Positions 1 to 9,816 are shown, numbered from the stretch's first letter. The stretch is 64,000 bases of DNA from an uncultured cyanobacterium (GCA_963833135.1 CAWHWW010000014.1:132620-196619); one strand, 5' to 3'. Notes: generated by a model not told the origin, from the sequence alone. A program made the numbers and translations.

Positions 1-1106
1 AGCCCGAGGACGTGTCGCTCGACGACAAGATCCAGTTCCTGATGAAGATCAACGAGGCGGCGCTGAAGGTGCCGGGCGTGACGCGCGTCCAGTCGAACAT
101 GGCGTTCGACTACGAGTGGAAGTATCTCGCCACCTCCGAAGGCTCCTACATCGAGCAGGAAATCTGGCGGACCTCGCCGGGGTTCACGGTGACGGCGCGC
201 AAAGACGGCAAGACCAAGTCGCGCACGTTCTCGGTGGCGCCGAAGTCCGCCGGATACGAAGTGGTGCTCGACGCGAAGATGCTCGAAAACGCCGAGCGCA
301 TCGCCAGCGAGGCGGTCGAGCACTGCTCGGCGGCTCCGGTCGGTGTCGGCCTCAAGGACATCATCATGACGCCGGCGCACGCGATGCTGACGATCCACGA
401 GATCGTCGCGCATCCGACGGAGCTCGATCGCGTGGTCGGCTACGAGGCCAACTACGCCGGCACCAGCTTCGTCAAGGCGAACGACGTCGGCAAACTGATG
501 ATGGGCTCGAAGCTGTTCAACGTCACCTGCGATCGCACCCTGCCGGGCGGCATGTGCACGGTGGGCTACGACGACGATGGCGTGAAGTCGCAGCGCTGGC
601 CGATCATCCAGGAAGGCCGCCTCGTCGATCTGCAGACGAACCGCGAGACCGCGCACTACATCGGCCAGACGACGTCGAAGGGCTGCACCTTCGCCACCTC
701 GTGGCGCAACTACCCGTTCCTGCGGATGCCCAACGTCCACGTCGAACCGGGGCCGCCGGGATCGCCGACGCCGGAACAGATCATTGCCGACACCAAGGAC
801 GGCATCCTGATCGACGGCCGCGGCAGCTACTCGATCGATCAGCAGCGCTTCAACGGCCAGTTCGGCGGCGACGCCTTCTGGGAGATCAAGGACGGCAAGA
901 AGACGCGCATGCTGAGCGACGTCACCTACAACGCCATCACCACCGATTTCTGGCAGAATCTCGACGCGACCTCGGGCAGGGAATCGTGGGAGATGTTCGG
1001 GACGACCGGCGACGCGAAGGGGCAGCCGGTCCAGATCAATCACCCCTCGCACGGCTCGCCGTGGGTGCGCATCCGCCGTATCATGGTCGGCGCGGCCTAC
1101 AGCTAG
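1..1106 (+). CDS. tldD: TldD/PmbA family metalloprotease, TldD subunit (5'-truncated by window)
   Basis: HEIVAHPTELD (HExxxH) motif, GYDDDG, RMPNVHVEPG, C-terminal SHGSPWVRI; frame is open back to the window edge. Confidence 0.9.
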   Translation, partial: PEDVSLDDKIQFLMKINEAALKVPGVTRVQSNMAFDYEWKYLATSEGSYIEQEIWRTSPGFTVTARKDGKTKSRTFSVAPKSAGYEVVLDAKMLENAERIASEAVEHCSAAPVGVGLKDIIMTPAHAMLTIHEIVAHPTELDRVVGYEANYAGTSFVKANDVGKLMMGSKLFNVTCDRTLPGGMCTVGYDDDGVKSQRWPIIQEGRLVDLQTNRETAHYIGQTTSKGCTFATSWRNYPFLRMPNVHVEPGPPGSPTPEQIIADTKDGILIDGRGSYSIDQQRFNGQFGGDAFWEIKDGKKTRMLSDVTYNAITTDFWQNLDATSGRESWEMFGTTGDAKGQPVQINHPSHGSPWVRIRRIMVGAAYS

Positions 1107-1116
1107 GCGTCTGGCA

Positions 1117-1139
1117 GCCGGCGCAGAGGATGCGCCGGC
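1117..1139 (+). terminator. GC-rich hairpin after tldD
   Basis: gccggcgca-gagga-tgcgccggc perfect 9-bp stem; no U-tract. Confidence 0.35.
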
Positions 1140-1182
1140 GTGCCTGGTTCGGACCCTGCGATCCCCGTTGCGGAGGTGCTTC

Positions 1183-1566
1183 GTGAGGATTGGTCACGTT
1201 GCCGTGCTCGTGCTCCTGTCGGCGTCCGCCGTTCACGCGCATCACAACTTTCGCTCCGAATTTGACAGGGACTCACCGTTCACGGTTACCGGTACCGTGA
1301 CTCGCCTCGAGTGGACCAACCCGCATACGTGGTTCTATATCGACGTGAAAGGCGACAGCGGGGTCGTCGAACACTGGTCGATGGAGATGGGCAGCCCGAA
1401 TGCGCTCGTACGGGCCGGATGGAAGCGCACATCGATGAACCCAGGTGACGTGGTGTCCGTCGACGGCTATCGCTCCTGGGACCGCAAACATACGGGCAAC
1501 GCGCGGGCGGTCGTGCTGACCAAGACCGGCCAGCGGCTGTTCGCCGCATCGAGCGCCGGGCAATGA
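1183..1566 (+). CDS. DUF6152 family secreted protein
   Basis: Signal peptide then AHHNFRSEFD...WTNPH motif; GGAGG RBS before GTG at 1183. Confidence 0.8.
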   Translation: MRIGHVAVLVLLSASAVHAHHNFRSEFDRDSPFTVTGTVTRLEWTNPHTWFYIDVKGDSGVVEHWSMEMGSPNALVRAGWKRTSMNPGDVVSVDGYRSWDRKHTGNARAVVLTKTGQRLFAASSAGQ

Positions 1567-2360
1567 TGCGCGGTGCGGTCGTCGTGTCGTTCGCGCTGGC
1601 CATGCTGACGGCGACGCTCGGCGCTCAGTGGCTCGATTACCCGACGAAGGGCCTGCCACGCACCGCCGACGGCAAGCCGAATCTCACCGAGCCAACACCG
1701 CGGACCGCGCAGGGCAGGCCCGACCTGTCGGGAGTCTGGCACGGCCTGCCCGATCCGAGAGATCCGATCGAGGGCACCGCCGGCATGCAGGTGCCAAAGT
1801 ACATGTTGAACATCTTTCGCGACGGCAAGGAAGACGCGTTGATGCAGCCGTGGGCGGCCGAGATTCATCGCCAGCGGCAGGCGAACAAACTGCGCGACAA
1901 CCCGATGATCAAGTGCCTGCCTGCCGGCGTGCCACGACTCAACGCCTACACGCATCCGTTCAAGATCGTGCAGACGCCGAACCTGGTCGTGATCCTCTAC
2001 GAATCCCAGACCACGTTTCGCCAGGTGTTCATGGACGGCCGGACGTTGCCCAGGGATGCCGAGCCCAGTTGGTATGGCTATTCGATCGGCCGGTGGGACG
2101 GCGACGTGCTGGTGGTCGAGAGCGCGGGCTTCAACGACAAGACATGGCTCGACGGCATGGGCCATCCGCACAGCGAAGAGATGCGGTTGACGGAACGGTT
2201 CCTCCGCCGCAACGTCGGCACGATGGACGTCGAGGTCAGGATCGACGACCCCAAGGCCTACAAGGAACCTATCAGGTACACGCAAGCGCACCGGTTGCTG
2301 CCGGACACCGACTTGCTCGAGTACATCTGCAATGAAAACGCAAAACCGATTGGTCAATAG
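1563..2360 (+). CDS. Secreted hypothetical protein of the type usually paired with DUF6152
   Basis: Signal peptide; PRTADGKPNL, RPDLSGVW, GYSIGRWDGDVLVV, LLEYIC; ATGA overlap with upstream gene. Confidence 0.75.
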   Translation: MMRGAVVVSFALAMLTATLGAQWLDYPTKGLPRTADGKPNLTEPTPRTAQGRPDLSGVWHGLPDPRDPIEGTAGMQVPKYMLNIFRDGKEDALMQPWAAEIHRQRQANKLRDNPMIKCLPAGVPRLNAYTHPFKIVQTPNLVVILYESQTTFRQVFMDGRTLPRDAEPSWYGYSIGRWDGDVLVVESAGFNDKTWLDGMGHPHSEEMRLTERFLRRNVGTMDVEVRIDDPKAYKEPIRYTQAHRLLPDTDLLEYICNENAKPIGQ

Positions 2361-2373
2361 ACGACGGCTGCCC

Positions 2374-2389
2374 CGGCACGCCGCTTGCA
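2374..2389 (+). promoter_or_regulatory. Sigma-54 (-24/-12) promoter of the PLD gene, probably leaderless
   Basis: CGGCACGCCGCTTGCA matches TGGCACG-N4-TTGCW; predicted TSS ~2400-2401, ATG at 2402, no SD sequence. Confidence 0.7.
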
Positions 2390-2401
2390 GCCGCCTCGGG
2401 C

Positions 2402-3253
2402 ATGCAGCTGATCACGCAGCCTGAGGACGGTGTTGTCCCGATTCTGAGGGCGATCGAGCGCGCCAAGAAGTGCGCCGACATTGTCATTTTTCGATTCGAC
2501 ATCAAGGCGATCGAAGAAGCCTTGACCGCGGCGGTGCAGCGCGGCGTCGTGGTGCGGGCGCTGATCGCGCACACCAACCGCGGCGGCGAGAGCAAGCTGC
2601 GCAAGCTCGAGAGCCGGCTGCTCGAGGCCGGCGCGACGCTGTCGCGGACGGCCGACGACATGGTCCGCTATCACGGCAAGCTGCTCGTCACCGACCGGCA
2701 GAAGGCGTTCGTGCTCGGCTTCAACTACACGTTGCAGGACATCCAGAAGAGCCGCAGTTTCGGCCTCGTCACGAGGAACCCGGCCATCGTGCGCGACATT
2801 CTGAATGTGATCGATGCCGATCACAACCGCGTCGCTCCAAAGATCACTTCGACGCGCATCGTCGTCAGCCCCGAGAACGCGCGCGAGCGGCTCGCCGGCT
2901 TCATTGGCCGCGCCAGGCGAGAGCTGCTGATCTACGACGTCGGCCTCACCGACGACAAGATCATCGCACTGCTCAAACAGAAGGCCGAGTCAGGCGTGAA
3001 GATCAAGGTGCTCGGCTCGGTCGAGAAGAAGTGGGAGGGCGAGCTTGCCTGGCGGGTACGCAGTTTCAAGACCATGAAGCTGCACGTGCGCGGCATCGTC
3101 CGCGATCGGCAGGCGGCGTTCGTCGGCAGCCAGAGTATGCGCAAGCTGGAACTGGATCAGCGGCGTGAAGTGGGGCTGATCACCAAAGATCGGCGGACCG
3201 TCGGCCAGCTTGCGCGTGTCTTCGACGCCGACTGGAAAGCCAACCGCGGCTAA
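2402..3253 (+). CDS. Phospholipase D-like domain protein (two PLD half-domains)
   Basis: First motif HGKLLVTD (HxKxxxxD); second motif HVRGIVRD (K replaced by R). Confidence 0.8.
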   Translation: MQLITQPEDGVVPILRAIERAKKCADIVIFRFDIKAIEEALTAAVQRGVVVRALIAHTNRGGESKLRKLESRLLEAGATLSRTADDMVRYHGKLLVTDRQKAFVLGFNYTLQDIQKSRSFGLVTRNPAIVRDILNVIDADHNRVAPKITSTRIVVSPENARERLAGFIGRARRELLIYDVGLTDDKIIALLKQKAESGVKIKVLGSVEKKWEGELAWRVRSFKTMKLHVRGIVRDRQAAFVGSQSMRKLELDQRREVGLITKDRRTVGQLARVFDADWKANRG

Positions 3254-4470
3254 CGGGACTCGGGCGCGGCGAGCGATTCCTTCGGCGCCTCGACTGCCGG
3301 CTTGCACGGCAGCCGCAGGACGAAGGCGGTCCCGACGCCCTCCTGCGACTCGACGCTGATCGCCCCGTTCAGCGCCCGCACGCAATCGTCGACGATCGCC
3401 AGGCCCAGGCCGACGCCGGCGATGTTGTCGACGCCGTCGCGATCGGCATGCACGCGCGTGAATCGGCGGAAGATGTCGGCAACGCGCTGGGCGGGAATGC
3501 CGATGCCGTTGTCCCGGACGATGATGTCGCACATGCCGTCGGTCGCGTCGCCGGCAGTGATGTCGACGTAGCGCGGCTCTTTCGCAGGGTCGCAGTACTT
3601 GACGGCGTTCGACAGCAGGTTGACGAGCGCCAGCTCCAGCCGTCCAACATCGACGATCAGCGAGGGCATGTCGTCGGCGATGCGAAACTGCACGCCCCGG
3701 GCGTCGGCCATCTCCCTGAGCTGCCGCGCCGCTTCCGCGGCGACGCTGCTGATCGCGACGGCCTGCAGGCTGGGGTTGTCGGCCTCGCCATCCAGTCTCG
3801 CCACCCGCTCGAGCTTGTAGGTCATGTCGACGAGATTCGACACGTTGCGCGCGATCAGATCGACGGTGTAGGTGCGCTGGGTGTCATCGAGCCCCGGCAG
3901 CCGCAGCAGCGAGACCGCGGTGGCAATCGGCGCGAGCGGCTGGCGCCACTCGTGAGTCGCCATTCGCGTGAACTGGCGGAGACGTTCGGACTGCTCGGTA
4001 ATCGTCTCCGTATAGAGGCCGACGAAGGTCTCAACGGTTTCCTGCAAGAGCACCGAGACGGCGTGATGCAGGCGGGCGACGACCGCGATGCATTCTTCCG
4101 GGGCGGGCGTGAGCCTCAACCGGATCGATTCGTCCTCGACGAACCGCATCAGAATGCTGCCGAGCAGCTGATACTCGCGGAGCACCTGGTGGAGCGAGGC
4201 ACGTTGCTCGTGGCGCAGCTTGCCGAGCTCGCGGGCCTTGTTCACCACCTGGGTGTTCGCGGCAATGGCCTCGGCCTCGGGCGCCTTCAAGTAAGCGCTG
4301 ATGTCGACGATCAGCGACGGAATGTGATCGAGCAGGCTGTCGCTCGGGAAGACTTCATTCGCCTCGACCGGCAGCAGATCGTTGAGGCGCGAGAACCACC
4401 GCGCCGCCAGCAACGCGTGCTCCGCGGCCAGACGCTCCGCGATCGCTTCCGAAAACCCGGTCGTAGTCAA
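3250..4470 (-). CDS. Cytoplasmic sensor histidine kinase with RsbRD_N-like N-terminal helical domain
   Basis: H-box THEWRQPL, N-box NLLSNAVKY, DNGIGIP, GVGLGL; N-terminal 'ARELGKLRHEQ...QVLREYQLL'; no TM; start codon uncertain. Confidence 0.85.
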   Translation of the reverse strand: MTTTGFSEAIAERLAAEHALLAARWFSRLNDLLPVEANEVFPSDSLLDHIPSLIVDISAYLKAPEAEAIAANTQVVNKARELGKLRHEQRASLHQVLREYQLLGSILMRFVEDESIRLRLTPAPEECIAVVARLHHAVSVLLQETVETFVGLYTETITEQSERLRQFTRMATHEWRQPLAPIATAVSLLRLPGLDDTQRTYTVDLIARNVSNLVDMTYKLERVARLDGEADNPSLQAVAISSVAAEAARQLREMADARGVQFRIADDMPSLIVDVGRLELALVNLLSNAVKYCDPAKEPRYVDITAGDATDGMCDIIVRDNGIGIPAQRVADIFRRFTRVHADRDGVDNIAGVGLGLAIVDDCVRALNGAISVESQEGVGTAFVLRLPCKPAVEAPKESLAAPESR

Positions 4471-4587
4471 GCCGACACACCTCGGCTGAATCGCTCAGCC
4501 ATCGCCGCGCCGTCCAAGTGCGCCTGTGAAATGGTTGCAAAGATTATCGGCCTCGGCCAGTTCCGACGCAACCTGAGCGGTAGCGAC

Positions 4588-6444
4588 TCAGGTGGTTCGT
4601 GCGGCGTCTTCGGCGAGCAGATCCTCGAGCGTCTGCAGCAGCAGGTCGGGGTTTACGGGCTTGGCCAGGTGCTCTCGGAATCCCGCGGCGAGCGCGCGAT
4701 CGCGATCGGCTGGGCTCGCATACGCGGTGAGCGCCACCGTGGCGGCCGGCATCCCAGCGCCCAGTCGATCCTTCAGCAGCGTGATCAGCGTGTAGCCATC
4801 CTGCCCGGGCATGGCGATGTCACTGACCATCGCGTCGATGGTGATGCCATCCGAGCGACGCACCGCTTCGGCGACCGATTCCGCGCCGATCGGCCGCGCG
4901 CCGGCCAGCCTCAGCGTCGATTCGAGCAGCATCAACGTGTCATGGTCGTCGTCAACGACGAGGACGGTAGCCTTTGCCAGGGAAGCAACGCGCTGACGAT
5001 GTGCCAGCGGCGCCGTGGCGGCCGGCGCAGGACGTCGAACCGGTAGCATTACCGTCAGGGTCGCGCCCTTGTCGGCGCCCTCGCTCGCGACCGACACCGT
5101 GCCACCGTGCAGCTCCGTGAGGCGGCGGACGATCGTCAGGCCCAGCCCGAGGCCGCCGTGGGATCGGGTGCTGGCGGCGTCGGCCTGGCGGAACGGTTCG
5201 AACATGAACGGAATGAATTGCGGCTCGATGCCGGCGCCGGTATCGCGCACTTCGATAGTGTCGATTTCATCCGCGCGCGCGATCGAAACTGTCACGCTGC
5301 CGTTCGACGGAGTGAAGCGCACCGCGTTGCTGATCAAGTTCCACAACACCTGCTGGAGCCGATCCGGATCGCCCATCGTCGGGAAGGTGCCGCCGAATTC
5401 GGTGACGAGCGAGACCTGCCGCGCGTCGGCGGCGGGGCGGCAGGCGTCGATCGCGTTCAGGGCCACGGTCGCCACATCCATCGCGCGGATGTCCAGCAGC
5501 AGCTTGCCGCTCGTGATGCGCGACACGTCGAGGAGATCCTGGACGAGCCGTGCCTGCGCGTGCGCATTGCGGTCGATGCGCTCGAGCGCGTGCTGCACCT
5601 CTTCTTCGGGCACCTGGCCGCGGCGCAGCAGGTGAACCCAGCCGACGATGGCATTGAGCGGCGTCCGAAGCTCGTGTGAAAGCGTCGCGAGGAATTCGTC
5701 CTTCAGGCGATTAGCCTGTTGCTCGCGGTCGAGCAGCCCGGCGCGCTCGCGCTGCGACTCCTGGATTTCATCGAGCATGCGATTGAACGCCTGCACCAGG
5801 ACGCCGATTTCGTCGCCGCTCCGGCTCCCGGCACGGATCGAATAGTCGCCCTGGTCGGCGATCCGGCGCGCCGTGTCGGCCAGTGCGCCGATCGGCTGCG
5901 CCACCATCCCCTGGAGGACGCTGGAAAGCAGGAAGGAGATGAGCAGTCCGGCCACGAGGATCGCCGCGACTGCGGTCGCCTGCGTTCGGATCCGGGCGCG
6001 GTGCGCGTCGAGATCGACGCCGATCAGCAGCATCGTACCGATGTCGCGTCCTCGTGAAAGTTGCGCGGTCACGAACATGCGTGTGCTGGTGAGTCGCAGG
6101 CCCGGCGTCGCGCCGGCCGGGCAGGTGTCGGCGGGATCGCGGAACACACGGAAGGCGAACAACTGGCCGTTCGGCAGATACAGGCAGGCGATCTGCGTAT
6201 GCGGGTGGATCTCCAGTCTTTCGAGCGTTTCACCGGCGGCATCCGGATCGTCAAAGTTCACCGCGGCCTCGGTGTTGTCGAGCACCAGCGCCGCCTGCGT
6301 CTCCAGGTCCGCCTGCATGTCGGCGCGAAAGCGGTAGAAATCCCACGTGACGAACGCGATGGCGGCGAGGCCGAGCACCGCGCCGCTCGTCAGCATCAGC
6401 ATCGCCGTCAGTTTCTGGCGTATCGAGAGCCGGTTGAACATCAC
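4588..6444 (-). CDS. Membrane hybrid histidine kinase (TM-periplasmic CHASE-like-TM-HAMP-HisKA-HATPase-REC)
   Basis: SIRQKL N-terminus as in YfiN-like sensors; DEIGVLVQAFNRM HAMP; SHELRTPLN; C-terminal REC (SDIAMP). Confidence 0.9.
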   Translation of the reverse strand: MMFNRLSIRQKLTAMLMLTSGAVLGLAAIAFVTWDFYRFRADMQADLETQAALVLDNTEAAVNFDDPDAAGETLERLEIHPHTQIACLYLPNGQLFAFRVFRDPADTCPAGATPGLRLTSTRMFVTAQLSRGRDIGTMLLIGVDLDAHRARIRTQATAVAAILVAGLLISFLLSSVLQGMVAQPIGALADTARRIADQGDYSIRAGSRSGDEIGVLVQAFNRMLDEIQESQRERAGLLDREQQANRLKDEFLATLSHELRTPLNAIVGWVHLLRRGQVPEEEVQHALERIDRNAHAQARLVQDLLDVSRITSGKLLLDIRAMDVATVALNAIDACRPAADARQVSLVTEFGGTFPTMGDPDRLQQVLWNLISNAVRFTPSNGSVTVSIARADEIDTIEVRDTGAGIEPQFIPFMFEPFRQADAASTRSHGGLGLGLTIVRRLTELHGGTVSVASEGADKGATLTVMLPVRRPAPAATAPLAHRQRVASLAKATVLVVDDDHDTLMLLESTLRLAGARPIGAESVAEAVRRSDGITIDAMVSDIAMPGQDGYTLITLLKDRLGAGMPAATVALTAYASPADRDRALAAGFREHLAKPVNPDLLLQTLEDLLAEDAARTT

Positions 6445-6992
6445 CGGTCCCTCACCTGTCGCGCCAGGCGCAACAGCTTGGCACTGACGTTCAGGTTGCG
6501 CCGGTCCGCCGCCGCGCGATTGATGTCGAAGCGAATGCGGTTGTCGTCCCGCACGAACGTAATCACCGTCTCGTCATTGAGTGCGCCATCGGCGACGGTC
6601 AGCACCTGCCCCGTGCGCACCATCGAGAGCCACGCTTTGGCGTCCAGCGTCCGCGAATCGCCGACATACAGGATCTGGCACGTCTTGGCGTCGTCCAGGC
6701 CTTCGAGCGCGACCGGGACGAGCCGCCTGCCGTCGACGGTCTCGCCCTCCACCGCCGCCTTCAGCAGCGAATAAAATTCGTCGTTCGCCGTGACGCAGAT
6801 CCGAAGTTCCGAAAGCGAGCGCTCGCCGATAGCGGCGGCCGGCCACGTCACGTACTTGGTGAAGTTGAAGAGGAAGACGGCCCTGACGTTTGCCTCGATC
6901 GGCACCGCTGGTTGCGCGCACACGCTCGACGCGTGCAGGCACACCACGGCCGCGAGCAGGACGCGAAGGCGCGGCGGTATCAGAAGCGCCAT
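6441..6992 (-). CDS. yfiR: YfiR family (DUF4154) periplasmic protein
   Basis: Signal peptide; AVFLFNFTKYVTWP, IRFDINRAAA, VSAKLLRLA. Confidence 0.85.
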   Translation of the reverse strand: MALLIPPRLRVLLAAVVCLHASSVCAQPAVPIEANVRAVFLFNFTKYVTWPAAAIGERSLSELRICVTANDEFYSLLKAAVEGETVDGRRLVPVALEGLDDAKTCQILYVGDSRTLDAKAWLSMVRTGQVLTVADGALNDETVITFVRDDNRIRFDINRAAADRRNLNVSAKLLRLARQVRDR

Positions 6993-8875
6993 ACCGACCG
7001 CAGGGCCACTGACCGTTCGTAAGTTTCGGGCGCCGTGCCGGCGCGAAACTCCAGGTGGCGGTCGTGGAGCAGGCTGTTGCCAATCAGCGACAGGTCCCAT
7101 CCGGGCAGCACGCGAAATCCGAAACGCGCGTCGAGCTCGTGGTATGCGTCGACAGCAGGCTGCGGCAGCTCGCCGACATAGCGATAGAACGCATCGATCT
7201 CGATGCGGTTCGTGGCGGTGACGTAAGAGCGCAGCTTGAAGATATTGCGCGGGTCGTTCGCTTCGGAGGCGCCATTGGTCGGGTCGGTGCTGCCCGGATC
7301 GAACGTGAGTTCCTTCCAGTGATACGCGTGCGATGCGTGCAGCTGCCAGCGCGTCAGGACCTGCAGGGACGCGGTGGTCTCGAGACCCCGAGCCAGCGCG
7401 TTCATCATGTTGGCGAGGGTAATCGGCCGGCCCGGGGCGAGCTCCTGAGAGCGTAAGTCGTCGTAGCGGTTGACGTAAGCTGCAAGATCAATTGACAGCC
7501 GCTCGTGGAACTGGCGGCGATAGCCGGCTTCGTAGGCGACGACCGCCTCGGATTCGAAATCCTCGGAACCCGTCAGCACCAGGTTCGGAGTGTTCGGAAT
7601 CCGGATCCGAAGGTCGGTATCGAAGCGCGTCGGCACCCTCACCGAGCGCGAAATGGCGCCCCACGCGCTCTGGTGCGTGCCGCTCCAGCGGCCGCGCACC
7701 GTCGGCTGGATGTCGAACCCGGTGAATTCATTACGCTCGAATTTCGATCCGATCGTCAGGAAGACGCCGCGCGCGATGGTGATTTCGTCCTGTGCGAATA
7801 CGTTGAAGCGGTGGGAGGCGCGCCGCCGGGGCTCGAAAAAGAACCCCGGCCCATCACCGAGGTCGTCGCCGTCGTAGTGTCTGTAGCCCGCTCCGAAGAC
7901 GACATTATGGCGCGTGTAGGTCCAGTGATGTTGGGCGTCGATGTCGGCGGTGTGGAGCGTGCCGCGATACTGATTGGGAACGCGCCGGTAGGTGCGATCG
8001 AAATATGCCTGGACGATGGTGGCGTGGTTCGCGCCCGCGACCGTCCAGCGTCCGAGCAGATTGCCACCCGACAGGTTGGCCTCGGTCGTGGCCGAAAGCC
8101 CGGTCGTCCCTGTATACATGTCGCCCTGGAGGGTCAGTTGACTTCGGCGCGACGAATCCGAGTCGATCCGGAAGCCCGCCTGGCCGAAGTCGAAGTCGTC
8201 CAGTGCATCCGCGCCGCTGAGGAGCTGATGCGAGTCCTCGAATCGGACTTTTGCATACGCTCGATACGCGCCTGCGCTGCCGAAGCGCCCGCCGTGTCGC
8301 ACCGTGTACGGTCCCAGGACGCTCGACCCCGCCGAGATGTTGACGAGCGTGCCCTTGGTCTCGGTGGCCCGTTTGCTGATCACGTTGATCACGCCGTTGA
8401 CCGCGTTCGCGCCCCAGATGCTGCCGCCCGGACCGCGGATGACCTCGATTCGGTCGATGTCGAGGAGCGACATGTCCTGCGTTTCCCAGAACACGCCCGC
8501 GAACACCGGCGAGTAGACCGTGCGTCCGTCGAGCAGGACCAGCATCTTGTTGGCCGTGCTGATCGCGAATCCGCGCGCCGTGATTCCATACTGCGGGCCG
8601 GAGATCTGCGAGACGTGCATGTGTCCGGCGAGGCGCAGCGCCTGCGCGAGGGTCTGGACACCCATGCGCCGCAGGTCCTCGCTGCTGATGACCGTCACCG
8701 CCGCGGCGACGTCGGCCAGCCGCTCGATTCGCCGCGACGCCGTCGTGACGTCGGTATCGACGAGTTCTTCGATCGAAAGCTGCTTAAGTTCGCCCAGTTT
8801 GCCTGAGCGGGGAGCTTGCGCGAATGCGCCGGTCGCCAGCGAGACGATGATGACAAGCGCAATCGCTATAAGCAT
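6980..8875 (-). CDS. TonB-dependent receptor
   Basis: Plug motifs LSIEEL..VTTASR, MLVLLDGR, IDRIEVIRGPG..WGANAVNGVINVI; C-terminal WRF. Confidence 0.92.
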   Translation of the reverse strand: MLIAIALVIIVSLATGAFAQAPRSGKLGELKQLSIEELVDTDVTTASRRIERLADVAAAVTVISSEDLRRMGVQTLAQALRLAGHMHVSQISGPQYGITARGFAISTANKMLVLLDGRTVYSPVFAGVFWETQDMSLLDIDRIEVIRGPGGSIWGANAVNGVINVISKRATETKGTLVNISAGSSVLGPYTVRHGGRFGSAGAYRAYAKVRFEDSHQLLSGADALDDFDFGQAGFRIDSDSSRRSQLTLQGDMYTGTTGLSATTEANLSGGNLLGRWTVAGANHATIVQAYFDRTYRRVPNQYRGTLHTADIDAQHHWTYTRHNVVFGAGYRHYDGDDLGDGPGFFFEPRRRASHRFNVFAQDEITIARGVFLTIGSKFERNEFTGFDIQPTVRGRWSGTHQSAWGAISRSVRVPTRFDTDLRIRIPNTPNLVLTGSEDFESEAVVAYEAGYRRQFHERLSIDLAAYVNRYDDLRSQELAPGRPITLANMMNALARGLETTASLQVLTRWQLHASHAYHWKELTFDPGSTDPTNGASEANDPRNIFKLRSYVTATNRIEIDAFYRYVGELPQPAVDAYHELDARFGFRVLPGWDLSLIGNSLLHDRHLEFRAGTAPETYERSVALRSVWRF

Positions 8876-8987
8876 GGGCCGCTCCCCTGAGCTTGCAAAA
8901 AAAAGACCGAAGAGAGCGTGCCAACGCTCAACTTCGGTCTCCCCAGAATAGCGGATCCGAGATCGTGGATCTCAGAACAGTGCTGGT

Positions 8988-9197
8988 TCAGTAGCGTGCG
9001 GCCGTATTGTTGAGCCAGTTGTCAACATCGCGAGCCGCCTGATCTTTGGCGATGCCGTACCGCTCCTGAACCTTGCCAACGAGCTGCTCGCGCTGGCCGT
9101 CCAGCTGGTCGATCTCGTCGTCGGTCAACTTGCCCCATTGTTCCTTGACGTGGCCTTTCAGCTGCGCCCACTTGCCCTTGAGAATGTCTTCGTTCAC
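8988..9197 (-). CDS. csbD: CsbD family stress protein
   Basis: LKGKWAQLKGHVKEQWGKLTDD...LVGKVQERYG; AAGGAG RBS. Confidence 0.92.
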   Translation of the reverse strand: MNEDILKGKWAQLKGHVKEQWGKLTDDEIDQLDGQREQLVGKVQERYGIAKDQAARDVDNWLNNTAARY

Positions 9198-9212
9198 ATC
9201 GATCTCCTTCGA

Positions 9213-9671
9213 TTACGGATTGGGGACTACCAGCAACTGGTTGTCGATGCGGTAACCCGGGGCTTCGGCAGCGGCAATCCGCGCCGATTCATCGCGCTGG
9301 GTCGCCGTCTTGACGGAACCCTTCAGCACGACGGTCTTCGTTTCGTGGAACGTGTCCACGTTGATGTGGCTCGCGTCCACCGTACGGTCGGCCATCAGGG
9401 CCGACTTCACGTCGATCGTTTCGACAGCGGCTTTCAGCGCGCCCGTTGCATCGCGCGCTGCGGCCCTGGTGTCCGCCGCGGCCTCGCGGCCCTCGGCGGC
9501 AGCTTTGTCCTGCGCGCGATCGGCCTTGTCTTCTGCCTTGTCAGCCGCCGTGGCGGCCTTATCGGCATTGATCTCCGCGTCCTTCTTGGCCCCGGCTGCG
9601 GTGTTCGAGCAGGCTGCCAATGAGAGGCCGCTCAGCAACGCAACAGCGAGATATCCGTTCTTCAATCTCAT
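9213..9671 (-). CDS. BON-domain (OsmY-like) lipoprotein
   Basis: Lipobox LAAC; VKSALMAD..INVDT..VVLKGSV..IDNQL; GGAGG RBS. Confidence 0.85.
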   Translation of the reverse strand: MRLKNGYLAVALLSGLSLAACSNTAAGAKKDAEINADKAATAADKAEDKADRAQDKAAAEGREAAADTRAAARDATGALKAAVETIDVKSALMADRTVDASHINVDTFHETKTVVLKGSVKTATQRDESARIAAAEAPGYRIDNQLLVVPNP

Positions 9672-9711
9672 CGGTCCTCCTACGGGCCTGACGCCCGACA
9701 ACGATGGAGAC

Positions 9712-9727
9712 TTCAAAAAGCCTGCCG
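9712..9727 (-). promoter_or_regulatory. Possible sigma-54 promoter of the BON-csbD operon
   Basis: Minus strand CGGCAGGCTTTTTGAA (GG-N10-GA, variant -12). Confidence 0.4.
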
Positions 9728-9735
9728 GGTCTTTA

Positions 9736-9816
9736 CGGGAATCGGACAGCCGGGAACCGGGAACCGGGCGCCAATTCGTGGAGTTTCTGTTCCCGTCTCG
9801 CGACTTCTCGGTCCCG
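9736..9816. repeat. 7-bp-period repeat with inverted arm
   Basis: cgggaat/cggacag/cgggaac/cgggaac/cggg ... ttcccg/tctcgcg/acttctcg/gtcccg. Confidence 0.6.
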
